From IMG/VR virus record IMGVR_UViG_2778261168_000006: DNA of 15,276 nucleotides. One strand, 5' to 3'. Each line of letters begins with the position of its first letter. Position 1 is the stretch's first letter. The notes under the pieces are model-generated. The model did not search any database and was not told where the DNA came from. It saw nothing but the letters and a program-made list of their open reading frames with translations. Positions 1 through 8,304 of the stretch are shown piece after piece. Origin of the DNA: a virus (taxonomy: Duplodnaviria; Heunggongvirae; Uroviricota; Caudoviricetes). The translations under genes and the position numbers were made by a program.

Positions 1-1254
1 ATGCTGGAACAAATGGGCATTGCCGCGAAGCAAGCCTCGTATAAATTAGCGCAACTCTCCAGCCGCGAAAAAAATCGCGTGCTGGAAAAAATCGCCGATG
101 AACTGGAAGCACAAAGCGAAATCATCCTCAACGCTAACGCCCAGGATGTTGCTGACGCGCGTGCCAATGGCCTTGGCGAAGCGATGCTTGACCGTCTGGC
201 ACTGACGCCCGCACGGCTGAAAGGCATTGCCGATGATGTGCGCCAGGTGTGTAACCTCGCCGATCCGGTGGGGCAGGTAATCGATGGCAGCGTACTGGAC
301 AGCGGCCTGCGTCTGGAGCGTCGTCGCGTACCGCTGGGGGTTATTGGCGTGATTTATGAAGCGCGCCCGAACGTGACGGTTGATGTCGCTTCGCTGTGCC
401 TGAAAACCGGTAATGCGGTGATCCTGCGCGGTGGCAAAGAAACGTGTCGCACTAACGCTGCAACGGTGGCGGTGATTCAGGACGCCCTGAAATCCTGCGG
501 CTTACCGGCGGGTGCCGTGCAGGCGATTGATAATCCTGACCGTGCGCTGGTCAGTGAAATGCTGCGTATGGATAAATACATCGACATGCTGATCCCGCGT
601 GGTGGCGCTGGTTTGCATAAACTGTGCCGTGAACAGTCGACAATCCCGGTGATCACAGGTGGTATAGGCGTATGCCATATTTACGTTGATGAAAGTGTAG
701 AGATCGCTGAAGCATTAAAAGTGATCGTCAACGCGAAAACTCAGCGTCCGAGCACATGTAATACGGTTGAAACGTTGCTGGTGAATAAAAACATCGCCGA
801 TAGCTTCCTGCCCGCATTAAGCAAACAAATGGCGGAAAGCGGCGTGACATTACACGCAGATGCAGCTGCACTGGCGCAGTTGCAGGCAGGCCCTGCGAAG
901 GTGGTTGCTGTTAAAGCCGAAGAGTATGACGATGAGTTTCTGTCATTAGATTTGAACGTCAAAATCGTCAGCGATCTTGACGATGCCATCGCCCATATTC
1001 GTGAACACGGCACACAACACTCCGATGCGATCCTGACCCGCGATATGCGCAACGCCCAGCGTTTTGTTAACGAAGTGGATTCGTCCGCTGTTTACGTTAA
1101 CGCCTCTACGCGTTTTACCGACGGCGGCCAGTTTGGTCTGGGTGCGGAAGTGGCGGTAAGCACACAAAAACTCCACGCGCGTGGCCCAATGGGGCTGGAA
1201 GCACTGACCACTTACAAGTGGATCGGCATTGGTGATTACACCATTCGTGCGTAA
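1..1254 (+). CDS. proA: gamma-glutamyl phosphate reductase (proline biosynthesis), complete 417 aa
   Basis: Full-length ORF from the first base of the window; translation reads as E. coli ProA end to end ([19 protein letters not shown] ... [14 protein letters not shown]). Followed by tRNA-Thr as in the proBA-thrW locus. Confidence 0.95.
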   Translation: MLEQMGIAAKQASYKLAQLSSREKNRVLEKIADELEAQSEIILNANAQDVADARANGLGEAMLDRLALTPARLKGIADDVRQVCNLADPVGQVIDGSVLDSGLRLERRRVPLGVIGVIYEARPNVTVDVASLCLKTGNAVILRGGKETCRTNAATVAVIQDALKSCGLPAGAVQAIDNPDRALVSEMLRMDKYIDMLIPRGGAGLHKLCREQSTIPVITGGIGVCHIYVDESVEIAEALKVIVNAKTQRPSTCNTVETLLVNKNIADSFLPALSKQMAESGVTLHADAAALAQLQAGPAKVVAVKAEEYDDEFLSLDLNVKIVSDLDDAIAHIREHGTQHSDAILTRDMRNAQRFVNEVDSSAVYVNASTRFTDGGQFGLGAEVAVSTQKLHARGPMGLEALTTYKWIGIGDYTIRA

Positions 1255-1258
1255 ATAA

Positions 1259-1323
1259 AACCGGGTGATGCAAAAGTAGCCATTTGATTCACAAGGCCAT
1301 TGACGCATCGCCCGGTTAGTTTT
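1259..1323 (+). terminator. possible proA terminator-like hairpin (long loop)
   Basis: Inverted repeat AACCGGGTGATGC (1259-1271) / GCATCGCCCGGTT (1305-1317, one G-U pair) followed by AGTTTT. The 33-nt loop is atypical, so this is weak. Confidence 0.25.
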
Positions 1324-1368
1324 AACCTTGTCCACCGTGATTCACGTTCGTGAACATGTCCTTTCAGG

Positions 1369-1444
1369 GCCGATATAGCTCAGTTGGTAGAGCAGCGCAT
1401 TCGTAATGCGAAGGTCGTAGGTTCGACTCCTATTATCGGCACCA
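1369..1444 (+). tRNA. thrW: tRNA-Thr, anticodon CGU, with encoded CCA
   Basis: 76-nt cloverleaf by hand: acceptor GCCGATA/TATCGGC, D-stem GCTC/GAGC, anticodon loop UUCGUAA (anticodon CGT at 1402-1404), T-stem GTAGG/CCTAT, discriminator A plus CCA at 1441-1444. Confidence 0.92.
1428..1444 (+). repeat. attL core: 17-bp direct repeat TCCTATTATCGGCACCA within the tRNA 3' end
   Basis: Identical 17-mer recurs at 12399-12415; flanking bases differ on both sides. Covers T-loop end, T-stem 3' strand, acceptor 3' strand and CCA, the classic P4-type integration target. Confidence 0.8.
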
Positions 1445-1558
1445 CCCCCTAGTTTTTTCAAGTCAACTCACATCAACAAAATCCTTTAAAAACATATATG
1501 TTATGTTCTTTTTAGTCATTTGAGGTCAACCCTTGTCTCTTGAAATCAACTCGCAATT

Positions 1559-1607
1559 GGGGGCACAATCAGGGGCATGTTCTGTTCGGTCCAGGAAATG
1601 TGCCCCC
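1559..1607 (+). promoter_or_regulatory. 9-bp inverted repeat GGGGGCACA / TGTGCCCCC bracketing the int ribosome-binding site
   Basis: Arms at 1559-1567 and 1599-1607, 31-nt spacer containing AGGA (1593-1596); right arm ends 1 nt before the int ATG at 1609. Could be a protein-binding site or an RBS-sequestering RNA hairpin. Confidence 0.3.
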
Positions 1608-1608
1608 A

Positions 1609-2799
1609 ATGATGCTGAATGCCCGCAAGGTTGAAGCTGCGAAAGGAAAAGAGAAGAGCTACAAGCTGTCTGATGGAGGTGGACTTTACCTTCAGGTTGA
1701 ACCTAATGGCTCGCGTTACTGGCGTATGAAGTACCGTTTTGCTGGTAAAGAGAAGCGCTTGTCCTTTGGTGTTTATCCAACAGTCACACTTGCTGATGCC
1801 AGACAAAAACGAGAAGACGCAAAGAAACTTCTCGCAGTAGGTGAAGATCCTGGCGAAGTGAAAAAAGCAAAAAAGCAGGCTTTAAACGCAGCGATTGAGA
1901 CACTTAACCCATTCAGAGACGTGGCGTTAGAGTGGCACAAAATGAAATCTCCCAAATGGTCTGAGGGCTATGCTTCAGATATCATTGAAGCATTTGAGAA
2001 AGACATTTTCCCGCATATTGGACATAGACCTATAGCTGATATTCAGCCCCTTGAACTGCTTGAAGTTCTGAGGTTGATAGAAGCACGAGGCGCTATGGAG
2101 AAAGCGAAGAAAGTCCGTCAGCGATGCGGTGAAGTTTTCCGCTATGCCATCGTAACGGGTAGAGCAATCTACAATCCGGCACCGGATCTTGCCAGCGCGA
2201 TGCAAGGACATGAAGCAGTCCACTATCCATTCCTCAAAGCCAACGAGCTGCCGGAGTTCTTTACTGCCCTTAACGCTTATTCAGGAAGTCCAATTGTATT
2301 GTTGGGGGCACAATTGCTTATCCTGACAGGCCTAAGAACTGGAGAACTAAGGGCAGGTGAGTGGCGTGAGGTGGACTTTAATAATGCGGTGTGGGAGATT
2401 CCAAAGGAACGTATGAAAATGCGTAGGAGCCATATTGTCCCGTTGCCAAAACAAGCATTATCCCATCTCAAAAGTTTGAAAAACCTAACTGGGAACTACC
2501 CGCTGATGTTCCCTGGACGCAACGATCCTAGCAAACCTATGAGTGAAGCAAGCATTAATCAGGTTTTTAAACGTATTGGATATGCAGGGCGTGTTACGGG
2601 ACATGGTTTCAGGCATACGATGAGTACGATTCTACATGAGAAAGGATTTAACAGCGCTTGGATTGAAACCCAGCTTGCTCATTTGGACAAAAATTCTATT
2701 CGTGGAATTTATAACCATGCCCAATATCTCGAAGGGCGAAGAGAAATGATGCAATGGTATGCTAATTATTTATCTGAGCTAGTTGGTACTCATAAATGA
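1609..2799 (+). CDS. P4-family tyrosine integrase (site-specific recombinase with N-terminal arm-binding domain)
   Basis: Translation MMLNARKVEAAKGKEKSYKLSDGGGLYLQVEPNGSRYWRMKYRF... matches the conserved N-terminus of P4-type integrases; C-terminal region has the expected R...HxxR...Y layout (GHGFRHT, IRGIYNH). Start moved from the track's 1540 to the ATG at 1609 on the basis of the family N-terminus and AGGA at 1593-1596. Confidence 0.85.
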   Translation: MMLNARKVEAAKGKEKSYKLSDGGGLYLQVEPNGSRYWRMKYRFAGKEKRLSFGVYPTVTLADARQKREDAKKLLAVGEDPGEVKKAKKQALNAAIETLNPFRDVALEWHKMKSPKWSEGYASDIIEAFEKDIFPHIGHRPIADIQPLELLEVLRLIEARGAMEKAKKVRQRCGEVFRYAIVTGRAIYNPAPDLASAMQGHEAVHYPFLKANELPEFFTALNAYSGSPIVLLGAQLLILTGLRTGELRAGEWREVDFNNAVWEIPKERMKMRRSHIVPLPKQALSHLKSLKNLTGNYPLMFPGRNDPSKPMSEASINQVFKRIGYAGRVTGHGFRHTMSTILHEKGFNSAWIETQLAHLDKNSIRGIYNHAQYLEGRREMMQWYANYLSELVGTHK

Positions 2800-3620
2800 A
2801 TGTTTTAAAAATTAATAATACTGATTCTCTGCTCAGAGATTACTACCAATTAGATGAGGCTTCAGAAAAAATTGGTTGTAATGAAAAGGATATACTTTGG
2901 TTTGCTAGAGAACGGGATGTAGAGTTATGCATGGAATTTCATGATGATGAGTATGATGTTTCATGTGGTTTGAAGATCGATGGTCAAATGGATGAGTTCT
3001 TATCCAATCTGAAATCTTTACCGCGAGACAGAAATGGCAATATTATGTTGTCAGATTTAAGCTCTATAAGAATTCCTGATGAAAATAATTTAATTGATAA
3101 AAATGGCTTTATTCGGTGCTTCATATCCGGTTTATGGGCTGTTGATTATGAATATAAAGATCTGTTAGTTAAACATGAAGGACAACCGGATTCCTGGCCT
3201 CAGCATTTTTTAGTAGCAGGTACGCCTAATGTAAATTATAAGGCAACGCTTTATGTTAATTATGATGAAAAAGAAAATTATTATCTTTTTGAGGTTTTGT
3301 GGATTACAAAAGTACAAATTCAAAAATTCATTGACTTAGTATCATGTGAGCAAAAGCGGATAAAAAACACCAACAAATATAAATCACAATCTGAAGCGCA
3401 AAAACAAAAGCATGCAGTTCCTCGGGCTGAAATACTCATGGCTGTTATTTCACTCTATCATCGTGATATGAGGTTAAGAAGAGAGAGCCCAGCAGCGATA
3501 GCTGATTATCTTTTTCAACACGCCAGTGAGTTCTGGCCTAAGGCCGGAGAGCCGCCTTTGAGCTATGATACTGTTGTTAGTTTGCTTCGTAGCTGTATGA
3601 AAAATACAAAATTTAACTGA
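2796..3620 (+). CDS. hypothetical protein, 274 aa, AT-rich, overlapping the int stop (ATGA); unknown function
   Basis: Long ORF in markedly AT-rich DNA relative to int and backbone; start codon overlaps int stop (ATG 2796-2798 / TGA 2797-2799); followed by a hairpin plus T-run. No motif recognised by eye. Confidence 0.6.
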   Translation: MNVLKINNTDSLLRDYYQLDEASEKIGCNEKDILWFARERDVELCMEFHDDEYDVSCGLKIDGQMDEFLSNLKSLPRDRNGNIMLSDLSSIRIPDENNLIDKNGFIRCFISGLWAVDYEYKDLLVKHEGQPDSWPQHFLVAGTPNVNYKATLYVNYDEKENYYLFEVLWITKVQIQKFIDLVSCEQKRIKNTNKYKSQSEAQKQKHAVPRAEILMAVISLYHRDMRLRRESPAAIADYLFQHASEFWPKAGEPPLSYDTVVSLLRSCMKNTKFN

Positions 3621-3635
3621 ATGTTAACAATTGTT

Positions 3636-3676
3636 GTGACTAATGATTTTGGGTTTTTCTCATTAGTCACATTTTT
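3636..3676 (+). terminator. rho-independent terminator candidate after the int-adjacent gene
   Basis: 11-bp perfect stem GTGACTAATGA (3636-3646) / TCATTAGTCAC (3660-3670), 13-nt loop, followed by ATTTTTCTCATTT. Confidence 0.45.
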
Positions 3677-3745
3677 CTCATTTATAACTTGTGTTTTAAT
3701 TTTCCGTGTTGAAGCCAATAGACTTAGATAAACGGAGAATGATGA

Positions 3746-4045
3746 ATGTTATCCAAGCATGACAATACTACTTTGCAACGCCCTTCAATGGATTCTCTGG
3801 TCGATATGAAGTTTATTACATCAGATTGCTTACTAAGTGATAAATGGATTTATAGGTTGATTTCTTTAAATCGTTTCCCTAAACCTATAAAAATAGGACG
3901 GATGTCGCGTTGGCGGGCAGCAGATTATTATATGTGGAGAGATGGGTTCGAAGAAAACTCTGGACAGAAATTTGAAGGGATGAGAGAAAAGGCAAGAAAC
4001 ATTAAAAGTGGGAATACCTTAGCGTCTACTCCCACAATTCAATAG
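3746..4045 (+). CDS. alpA: AlpA-family phage transcriptional regulator (excisionase-like HTH), 99 aa
   Basis: Core KFITSDCLLSDKWIYRLISLNRFPKPIKIGRMSRWRAADYYMW resembles AlpA/prophage CP4-57 regulatory protein; GGAG at 3734-3737 precedes the ATG; sits after int as in CP4-type islands. Start could be an internal Met. Confidence 0.65.
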   Translation: MLSKHDNTTLQRPSMDSLVDMKFITSDCLLSDKWIYRLISLNRFPKPIKIGRMSRWRAADYYMWRDGFEENSGQKFEGMREKARNIKSGNTLASTPTIQ

Positions 4046-4072
4046 AGTTCAATATTATTAATAACTAATGGC

Positions 4073-4246
4073 TTAGCCTTTAGGCTCTATTCCTCGTAAT
4101 TGAAGCTCTTTACGTAAAATTCTCTTGATCCAAGATGCCAATGCGTTATCTCCATCTTTGCGCATTTCATTTTCAAGCTGCAACCTGAAATCTTCGTTAA
4201 GACGCATTTGGAATGGAGGAGAGCGTTTTTCTTGTGGTGTTGACAT
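4073..4246 (-). CDS. small ribbon-helix-helix (Arc/CopG-like) DNA-binding protein, ~57 aa; candidate island repressor
   Basis: C-terminal 57 aa of the track ORF (MSTPQEKRSPPFQMRLNEDFRLQLENEMRK...) has the beta-strand-then-helix pattern of Arc-type RHH proteins. Upstream Met codons of the track ORF lie inside the operator palindromes and lack an RBS, so the short start is preferred but uncertain. Confidence 0.5.
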   Translation of the reverse strand: MSTPQEKRSPPFQMRLNEDFRLQLENEMRKDGDNALASWIKRILRKELQLRGIEPKG

Positions 4247-4288
4247 GGTAATTACCCTAACATATGATGCGTACATGGTAATTACCAT
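4243..4288. promoter_or_regulatory. paired palindromic operator sites (ACATGGTAATTACC x2) in the divergent control region
   Basis: 14-bp direct repeat at 4243-4256 and 4273-4286, each containing the 10-bp palindrome GGTAATTACC; the second extends to the perfect 14-bp palindrome ATGGTAATTACCAT (4275-4288). Centres are 30 bp apart; they overlap the start of the minus-strand RHH gene and lie upstream of the plus-strand early operon. Confidence 0.5.
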
Positions 4289-4376
4289 TGTAGAGCTAGA
4301 GAGCCTATAAAAGCAATGCCCGAGAGTGCTGGAACACCGCTCGAGCATTTAACCACCGTTAAAAGAGGTAACGAAG

Positions 4377-4553
4377 ATGGCTAAACAGAAGTGTACCTGG
4401 TTATTTGCGGCGATCAACCGCAGTCAGCGCAATGCCCGTCCTGTGATGTTAAGGATCAATGCAGATAACGAGCGGTCAGCGCGGCGCAGACTTGCCCCGG
4501 ACTATGTGCTGAGCTTTGCCAGTCGCATTCCTTGCGGAGGTGAAAATGCGTAA
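4377..4553 (+). CDS. small ORF (58 aa) missing from the ORF track; possibly Icd/Ash-like small phage protein
   Basis: ATG at 4377 preceded by AGAGG (4363-4367); translation MAKQKCTWLFAAINRSQRNARPVMLRINADNERSARRRLAPDYVLSFASRIPCGGENA; stop overlaps the next start (ATGcgTAA at 4546-4553). Family assignment is from memory and tentative. Confidence 0.45.
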   Translation: MAKQKCTWLFAAINRSQRNARPVMLRINADNERSARRRLAPDYVLSFASRIPCGGENA

Positions 4554-4905
4554 TTATCCGCAACCCGGCGAACGCTGGCAGCATGTACGTGGCTGGACCG
4601 TAACAATCATCCGATTAACTGAAGCCCCGCCCTCCGTGGCGCTGCTTAATCCTGAATTCAGCCGTGAAGTGCTGATACGTCATGACAGCGACAACCAGCT
4701 TTCTTCCTGCCCTCTGGCATGGTTTAAACAGCGGTATACGCGCCTGTTTGATGCGCCGCTCTTTAAATCTTCGCCAGCTCCGGCGGGCGGTAGTGGTTCC
4801 GGCCCGCTGACACTGCATCCGTCTGTGGTATTTACCCGCTGGCGGGAGCGCAGCATACGACGTTCTGCTGAACCTGACGACAGTCACTATTCCAGGTTTC
4901 TCTGA
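4546..4905 (+). CDS. hypothetical protein, ~119 aa, early operon
   Basis: ATG at 4546 preceded by GGAGGTG (4537-4543), a better start than the track's 4516; translation MRNYPQPGERWQHVRGWTVTIIRL...; contains a Gly/Ser/Pro-rich linker (SSPAPAGGSGSGP). Confidence 0.55.
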   Translation: MRNYPQPGERWQHVRGWTVTIIRLTEAPPSVALLNPEFSREVLIRHDSDNQLSSCPLAWFKQRYTRLFDAPLFKSSPAPAGGSGSGPLTLHPSVVFTRWRERSIRRSAEPDDSHYSRFL

Positions 4906-4936
4906 CAAAACACCGCTGAAAACGGAGTAATCCACG

Positions 4937-5221
4937 ATGAATATTTCAAACGGGCACAACGGTGCTCAGGGCCACTCCTTGCCTGAAAAACACTATACCG
5001 GTGCTTTTGCCTATGGGTTGTCAGAGGACGGTTTCGGAAAGCTGGCCAGAGCCAGAAAGGCCTGCGACATGCTGCAGCTTCTCTTTTCTGAATACCCGTC
5101 TCAGGGCGGAACGCTGGATGCAGGCTGTGCGCCAGGCATTGCCGCGCTGATGGAGTACCTGCGGGCAGATTTGACGGATATTGCGCACAGCTGCGCACTG
5201 ATTGAAGGAGGTGCTGAATGA
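4937..5221 (+). CDS. hypothetical protein, 94 aa, early operon
   Basis: ATG at 4937 with GGAG at 4924-4927; stop overlaps next start (ATGA at 5218-5221). Confidence 0.5.
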   Translation: MNISNGHNGAQGHSLPEKHYTGAFAYGLSEDGFGKLARARKACDMLQLLFSEYPSQGGTLDAGCAPGIAALMEYLRADLTDIAHSCALIEGGAE

Positions 5222-5601
5222 ACCAGCCGCAGGTTTCCATTTTCCCGGCAGAAATGACCACCGCACTGTACCGGCGGGCGATTGCATCGGCATGGCGGCA
5301 GAAAATGCTGACCGAAACCGGCAGTAATCGGTGTGGTCCGCACAGCCTGACGGTTGAGCGTATTGAAATGGCCATTGCCCTGCATATTGAGTGCGCACTG
5401 ATTAACGAGTACGGCGAAGAACAGGGCGCCGCTGTCGCGCTGGCACTGCTGACTGACATGCTGGAGCCGTCACTGCTGACTGCGCCGCCGGTACTGACCG
5501 TGCGCGGCTGTGAAGTGATGGCGGAGCTGTACCGCACGCTTCCGGCGGCCTTTGATGATTTCTGCAGCACGGGTGTGGCGCTGTATCAGGGGGAAGTATG
5601 A
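5218..5601 (+). CDS. hypothetical protein, 127 aa, early operon
   Basis: ATG at 5218 preceded by AAGGAGGTG; stop overlaps primase start (ATGA at 5598-5601). Confidence 0.5.
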   Translation: MNQPQVSIFPAEMTTALYRRAIASAWRQKMLTETGSNRCGPHSLTVERIEMAIALHIECALINEYGEEQGAAVALALLTDMLEPSLLTAPPVLTVRGCEVMAELYRTLPAAFDDFCSTGVALYQGEV

Positions 5602-8270
5602 CAACACAGACGGTTACGCAGATTTCAGCCGCCGCGCGGGGGAAATGGCCCGTTATTCTGCAGATGCTGCGTATTGATGTACCTGAAAACGGCAGGCACG
5701 GTCCCTGCCCGAAATGTGGGGGCAAGGATCGTTTTCGCCTCGATGACCTTGACGGGCGCGGGACGTGGATTTGCAGCCAGTGCGGCAATGGTGACGGTCT
5801 GGATCTGGTTAAGCTCATGACCGGTTACGGCGTCAGAAAGGCCGCGCAGGAGGTGGCGCAGGTGCTTAATGTGCCGGATATGCAGAAACTGCCCGTTAAG
5901 CCTGCCAGGCAAAAAGCCCCTAAACGCGACATGAGCCTTACCGTGGCGGCGCTGATGAAAGAGAGCCACACGGGAGAAAGCCCCTATCTGGCCGGGAAAG
6001 GGTTTGCCGGATACCCGGCCTCCCTGACCGGGAGCGTGCAGCATATCAGCGGTAAGGATTTCCCTGCCGGTTCCCTGCTGTTACCGCTCACGACCAACGC
6101 CGGAGCCGTGACCGGTGCGCAGCTTATCGCCCCGACGGGTGAAAAAAGCTTACTGCCCGGCAGCACGATGAAAGGTGCGTTTGTGGCGCTCAGCCCGTTA
6201 CCGCCTGAACCACCGGTACAGGTGGTGATTACCGAAGGCTATGCCACGGCGCTGACGGTAAGCCAGCTCACCGCCGGATGCGTAGTGGCGGCCATATCGG
6301 CGGTCAACCTGCCCAACGTTGCGCAGTCGCTGCGGGCACGCTGGCCGGAGGTAAAAATTATTATCGCCGGTGATAACGATTTTCAGGACGGGGGCGAAAA
6401 CCCGGGCAGAGCCTTTGCTGAACGGGCGGCAAAAGCCGTCGGCGGCTGGATGACGCTGCCACCGGGAGAGATGAAGGCCGACTGGAATGATTTCCATCGA
6501 GAGCACGGTATTACCCGCGCCCGTGATGCCTTTCGTAACGGTCTGGTGCTGTGCGGAGAAGGCCGCACGCAGCTGCCGCACGGGTTCCGTCTTACCCATG
6601 AATATCTGTGGTATGAAAAACAGGTACAGCGCAACGGTGAGACGGAGATCCAGAACGTCAAAATATGCAACCCGCTGCGCGTGACGGCAATCACCTGCGA
6701 TGCCGATGGCGGTAATTTCGGGCGACTGCTGGAGTGGGAAGATACATGGGGAGAGCGCCGCCGCTGGGCGATGCCGATGGAAATGCTCAGTGGTAGCGGT
6801 GAGGAACTACGCCGGGTACTGCTGGTTAACGGGCTGTCCTATATCAGCACCACCGGTGAGGCCCGTGCCCGCCTGATGGAATATATCTCGCTGTGTAAAC
6901 CGGAACGCCGCGTGACCTGCGTCAGCCGCACTGGCTGGCATGGTCAGGTTTACGTCCTGCAGGATGAGGTCAGCGGTGAAGGTGCAGAGGGTGTCATTCT
7001 CCAGACCACTTCCGTGCAGGGGCGCGATTTCCGTGTGTCAGGTACAACGGAGGAATGGCGGGAGCACGTTTCCCGTTACTGCACCGGTAACTCCCGCGTG
7101 GCGTTTGCCGTCAGTCTGGCCTTTGCTGCACCCCTGTTACGGCTGGTTGGGATGGACGGCGGCGGCTACCACCTCAAGGGGGAATCGACTGACGGTAAGA
7201 CCACCACCATGAAAGCGGCAACCTCCGTTTGTGGCGGGCCTGATTACTGGCAAACGTGGCGGGCAACCGGCAACGCGCTGGAGGGATGCGCCAGCCGCCG
7301 CAACGATGCCGCCATGATGCTTGATGAGATCCGGGAGGTGGACGGACGCGAGGCGGGTAATATCGCCTACATGCTGGCAAACGGTCAGGGCAAGGGCCGT
7401 GCCGGTACGGACGGTGAGCTGCGCACCCGTAAGCAGTGGCGGCTGCTGTTCTTTTCAACCGGCGAGCTGTCACTGACCGAACATGCGGCAAAAGCCGGTG
7501 AGCGTACCTTTGCCGGGATGGAAGTCAGGATGATCCAGATCCCCAGCGATTCCGGGAAATTTGGCGTATTTGAGGAGCTGCACGGCTTCGACAGCGGCAA
7601 GGCTCTGGCGGAACATCTGGAGTGGGCCACGTCCAGCTACTACGGTTCGCCGTTCAGGGAGTGGCTGAAAGCCCTGACCGCTGACCTTAACGGGCTGACG
7701 GCACAGGCAAAGTCACTGATGAAGGAATATACAGCCGCCCTGACCCCGAAAGATGCGGGTAATCAGGTAGGCCGGGCTGTGAACCGTTTTGCACTGGTGG
7801 CGATGGCGGGCGAGCTGGCAACCCGGCTGGGGATTACTGGCTGGCCTGAGGGGGAAGCGCTGCGGGCAACCCGCGTGTGCCTGAACGCCTGGCTGAAAGA
7901 TCGCGGGCACACCGCCAATCAGGAAGATATTGCCGCGCTGGAGCAGGTACGCAGTTTCTTTACCGCGAATCAGTACAGCCGCTTTGCAGACTGGCACGAC
8001 GAGCGCAACCGCCCCGGCAATATGGTGGGCTGGCGCAGGGTGGAGAAAGGCAGTACCGCGCAGGGCACGGAAGCCGTCACCACGTTCTACGTTATGCCGT
8101 CCGGCTGGAAAGAAATCTGCCGGGGATTTGACCCGCGCAAGGTGGCACGTCTGTGCGCGGATCGTGGATACCTGCAGCCTTCTGCCGACGGAAAGCTGCA
8201 GACAACCATTCGCCCGCCAGAGATGAATCCCCGCAGGCTCTACGTCTTCAACAGCGAGGTGCCGGGTTAA
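5598..8270 (+). CDS. P4 alpha-like replication protein: zinc-ribbon primase N-terminus, Toprim region, P-loop helicase C-terminus (890 aa)
   Basis: N-terminal CPKCGGKDRFRLDDLDGRGTWICSQCGNGDGLDLV is a primase-type CxxC...CxxC zinc ribbon; acidic Toprim-like motifs (VVITEGYATA, IIIAGDNDFQDGGENPG); Walker A-like GESTDGKTT in the C-terminal half. GGGGGA RBS before the ATG at 5598. Confidence 0.85.
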   Translation: MTTQTVTQISAAARGKWPVILQMLRIDVPENGRHGPCPKCGGKDRFRLDDLDGRGTWICSQCGNGDGLDLVKLMTGYGVRKAAQEVAQVLNVPDMQKLPVKPARQKAPKRDMSLTVAALMKESHTGESPYLAGKGFAGYPASLTGSVQHISGKDFPAGSLLLPLTTNAGAVTGAQLIAPTGEKSLLPGSTMKGAFVALSPLPPEPPVQVVITEGYATALTVSQLTAGCVVAAISAVNLPNVAQSLRARWPEVKIIIAGDNDFQDGGENPGRAFAERAAKAVGGWMTLPPGEMKADWNDFHREHGITRARDAFRNGLVLCGEGRTQLPHGFRLTHEYLWYEKQVQRNGETEIQNVKICNPLRVTAITCDADGGNFGRLLEWEDTWGERRRWAMPMEMLSGSGEELRRVLLVNGLSYISTTGEARARLMEYISLCKPERRVTCVSRTGWHGQVYVLQDEVSGEGAEGVILQTTSVQGRDFRVSGTTEEWREHVSRYCTGNSRVAFAVSLAFAAPLLRLVGMDGGGYHLKGESTDGKTTTMKAATSVCGGPDYWQTWRATGNALEGCASRRNDAAMMLDEIREVDGREAGNIAYMLANGQGKGRAGTDGELRTRKQWRLLFFSTGELSLTEHAAKAGERTFAGMEVRMIQIPSDSGKFGVFEELHGFDSGKALAEHLEWATSSYYGSPFREWLKALTADLNGLTAQAKSLMKEYTAALTPKDAGNQVGRAVNRFALVAMAGELATRLGITGWPEGEALRATRVCLNAWLKDRGHTANQEDIAALEQVRSFFTANQYSRFADWHDERNRPGNMVGWRRVEKGSTAQGTEAVTTFYVMPSGWKEICRGFDPRKVARLCADRGYLQPSADGKLQTTIRPPEMNPRRLYVFNSEVPG

Positions 8271-8304
8271 GGCTGTGCGTGAGTCTTATTTATTAAGGGT
8301 AACA

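Noticed and set aside
741-1335. Minus-strand ORFs 741-1052 and 946-1335 overlapping proA
   Set aside because: They lie antisense within a well-supported conserved gene, have no RBS and no recognisable product; they are frame artefacts.
1341-1354. Palindrome TTCACGTTCGTGAA just upstream of the tRNA
   Set aside because: Host backbone in the tRNA leader/promoter region; short palindromes of this size are common and I have no basis to assign a function.
1463-1553. Three TCAAC-containing repeats (AGTCAACTCA, GGTCAACCC, AATCAACTCG) between attL and int as integrase arm sites
   Set aside because: The shared core is only 5 bp; plausible but not distinguishable from chance without footprinting.
4887-6694. 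Multiple minus-strand and alternative-frame ORFs (e.g. 4887-5570, 5021-5398, 5402-5818, 5625-6044, 6198-6599) overlapping the early operon and primase gene
   Set aside because: GC-rich coding DNA yields long antisense open frames; the translations are low-complexity (Arg/Pro/Ala-rich) and the sense-strand genes are translationally coupled with good RBSs.
6940-8226. Plus- and minus-strand ORFs nested inside the primase-helicase gene (6940-7212, 7174-7491, 7385-7630, 7713-7997, 7877-8131, 7930-8226)
   Set aside because: Same reasoning: out-of-frame overlaps of a long conserved gene with no independent signals.
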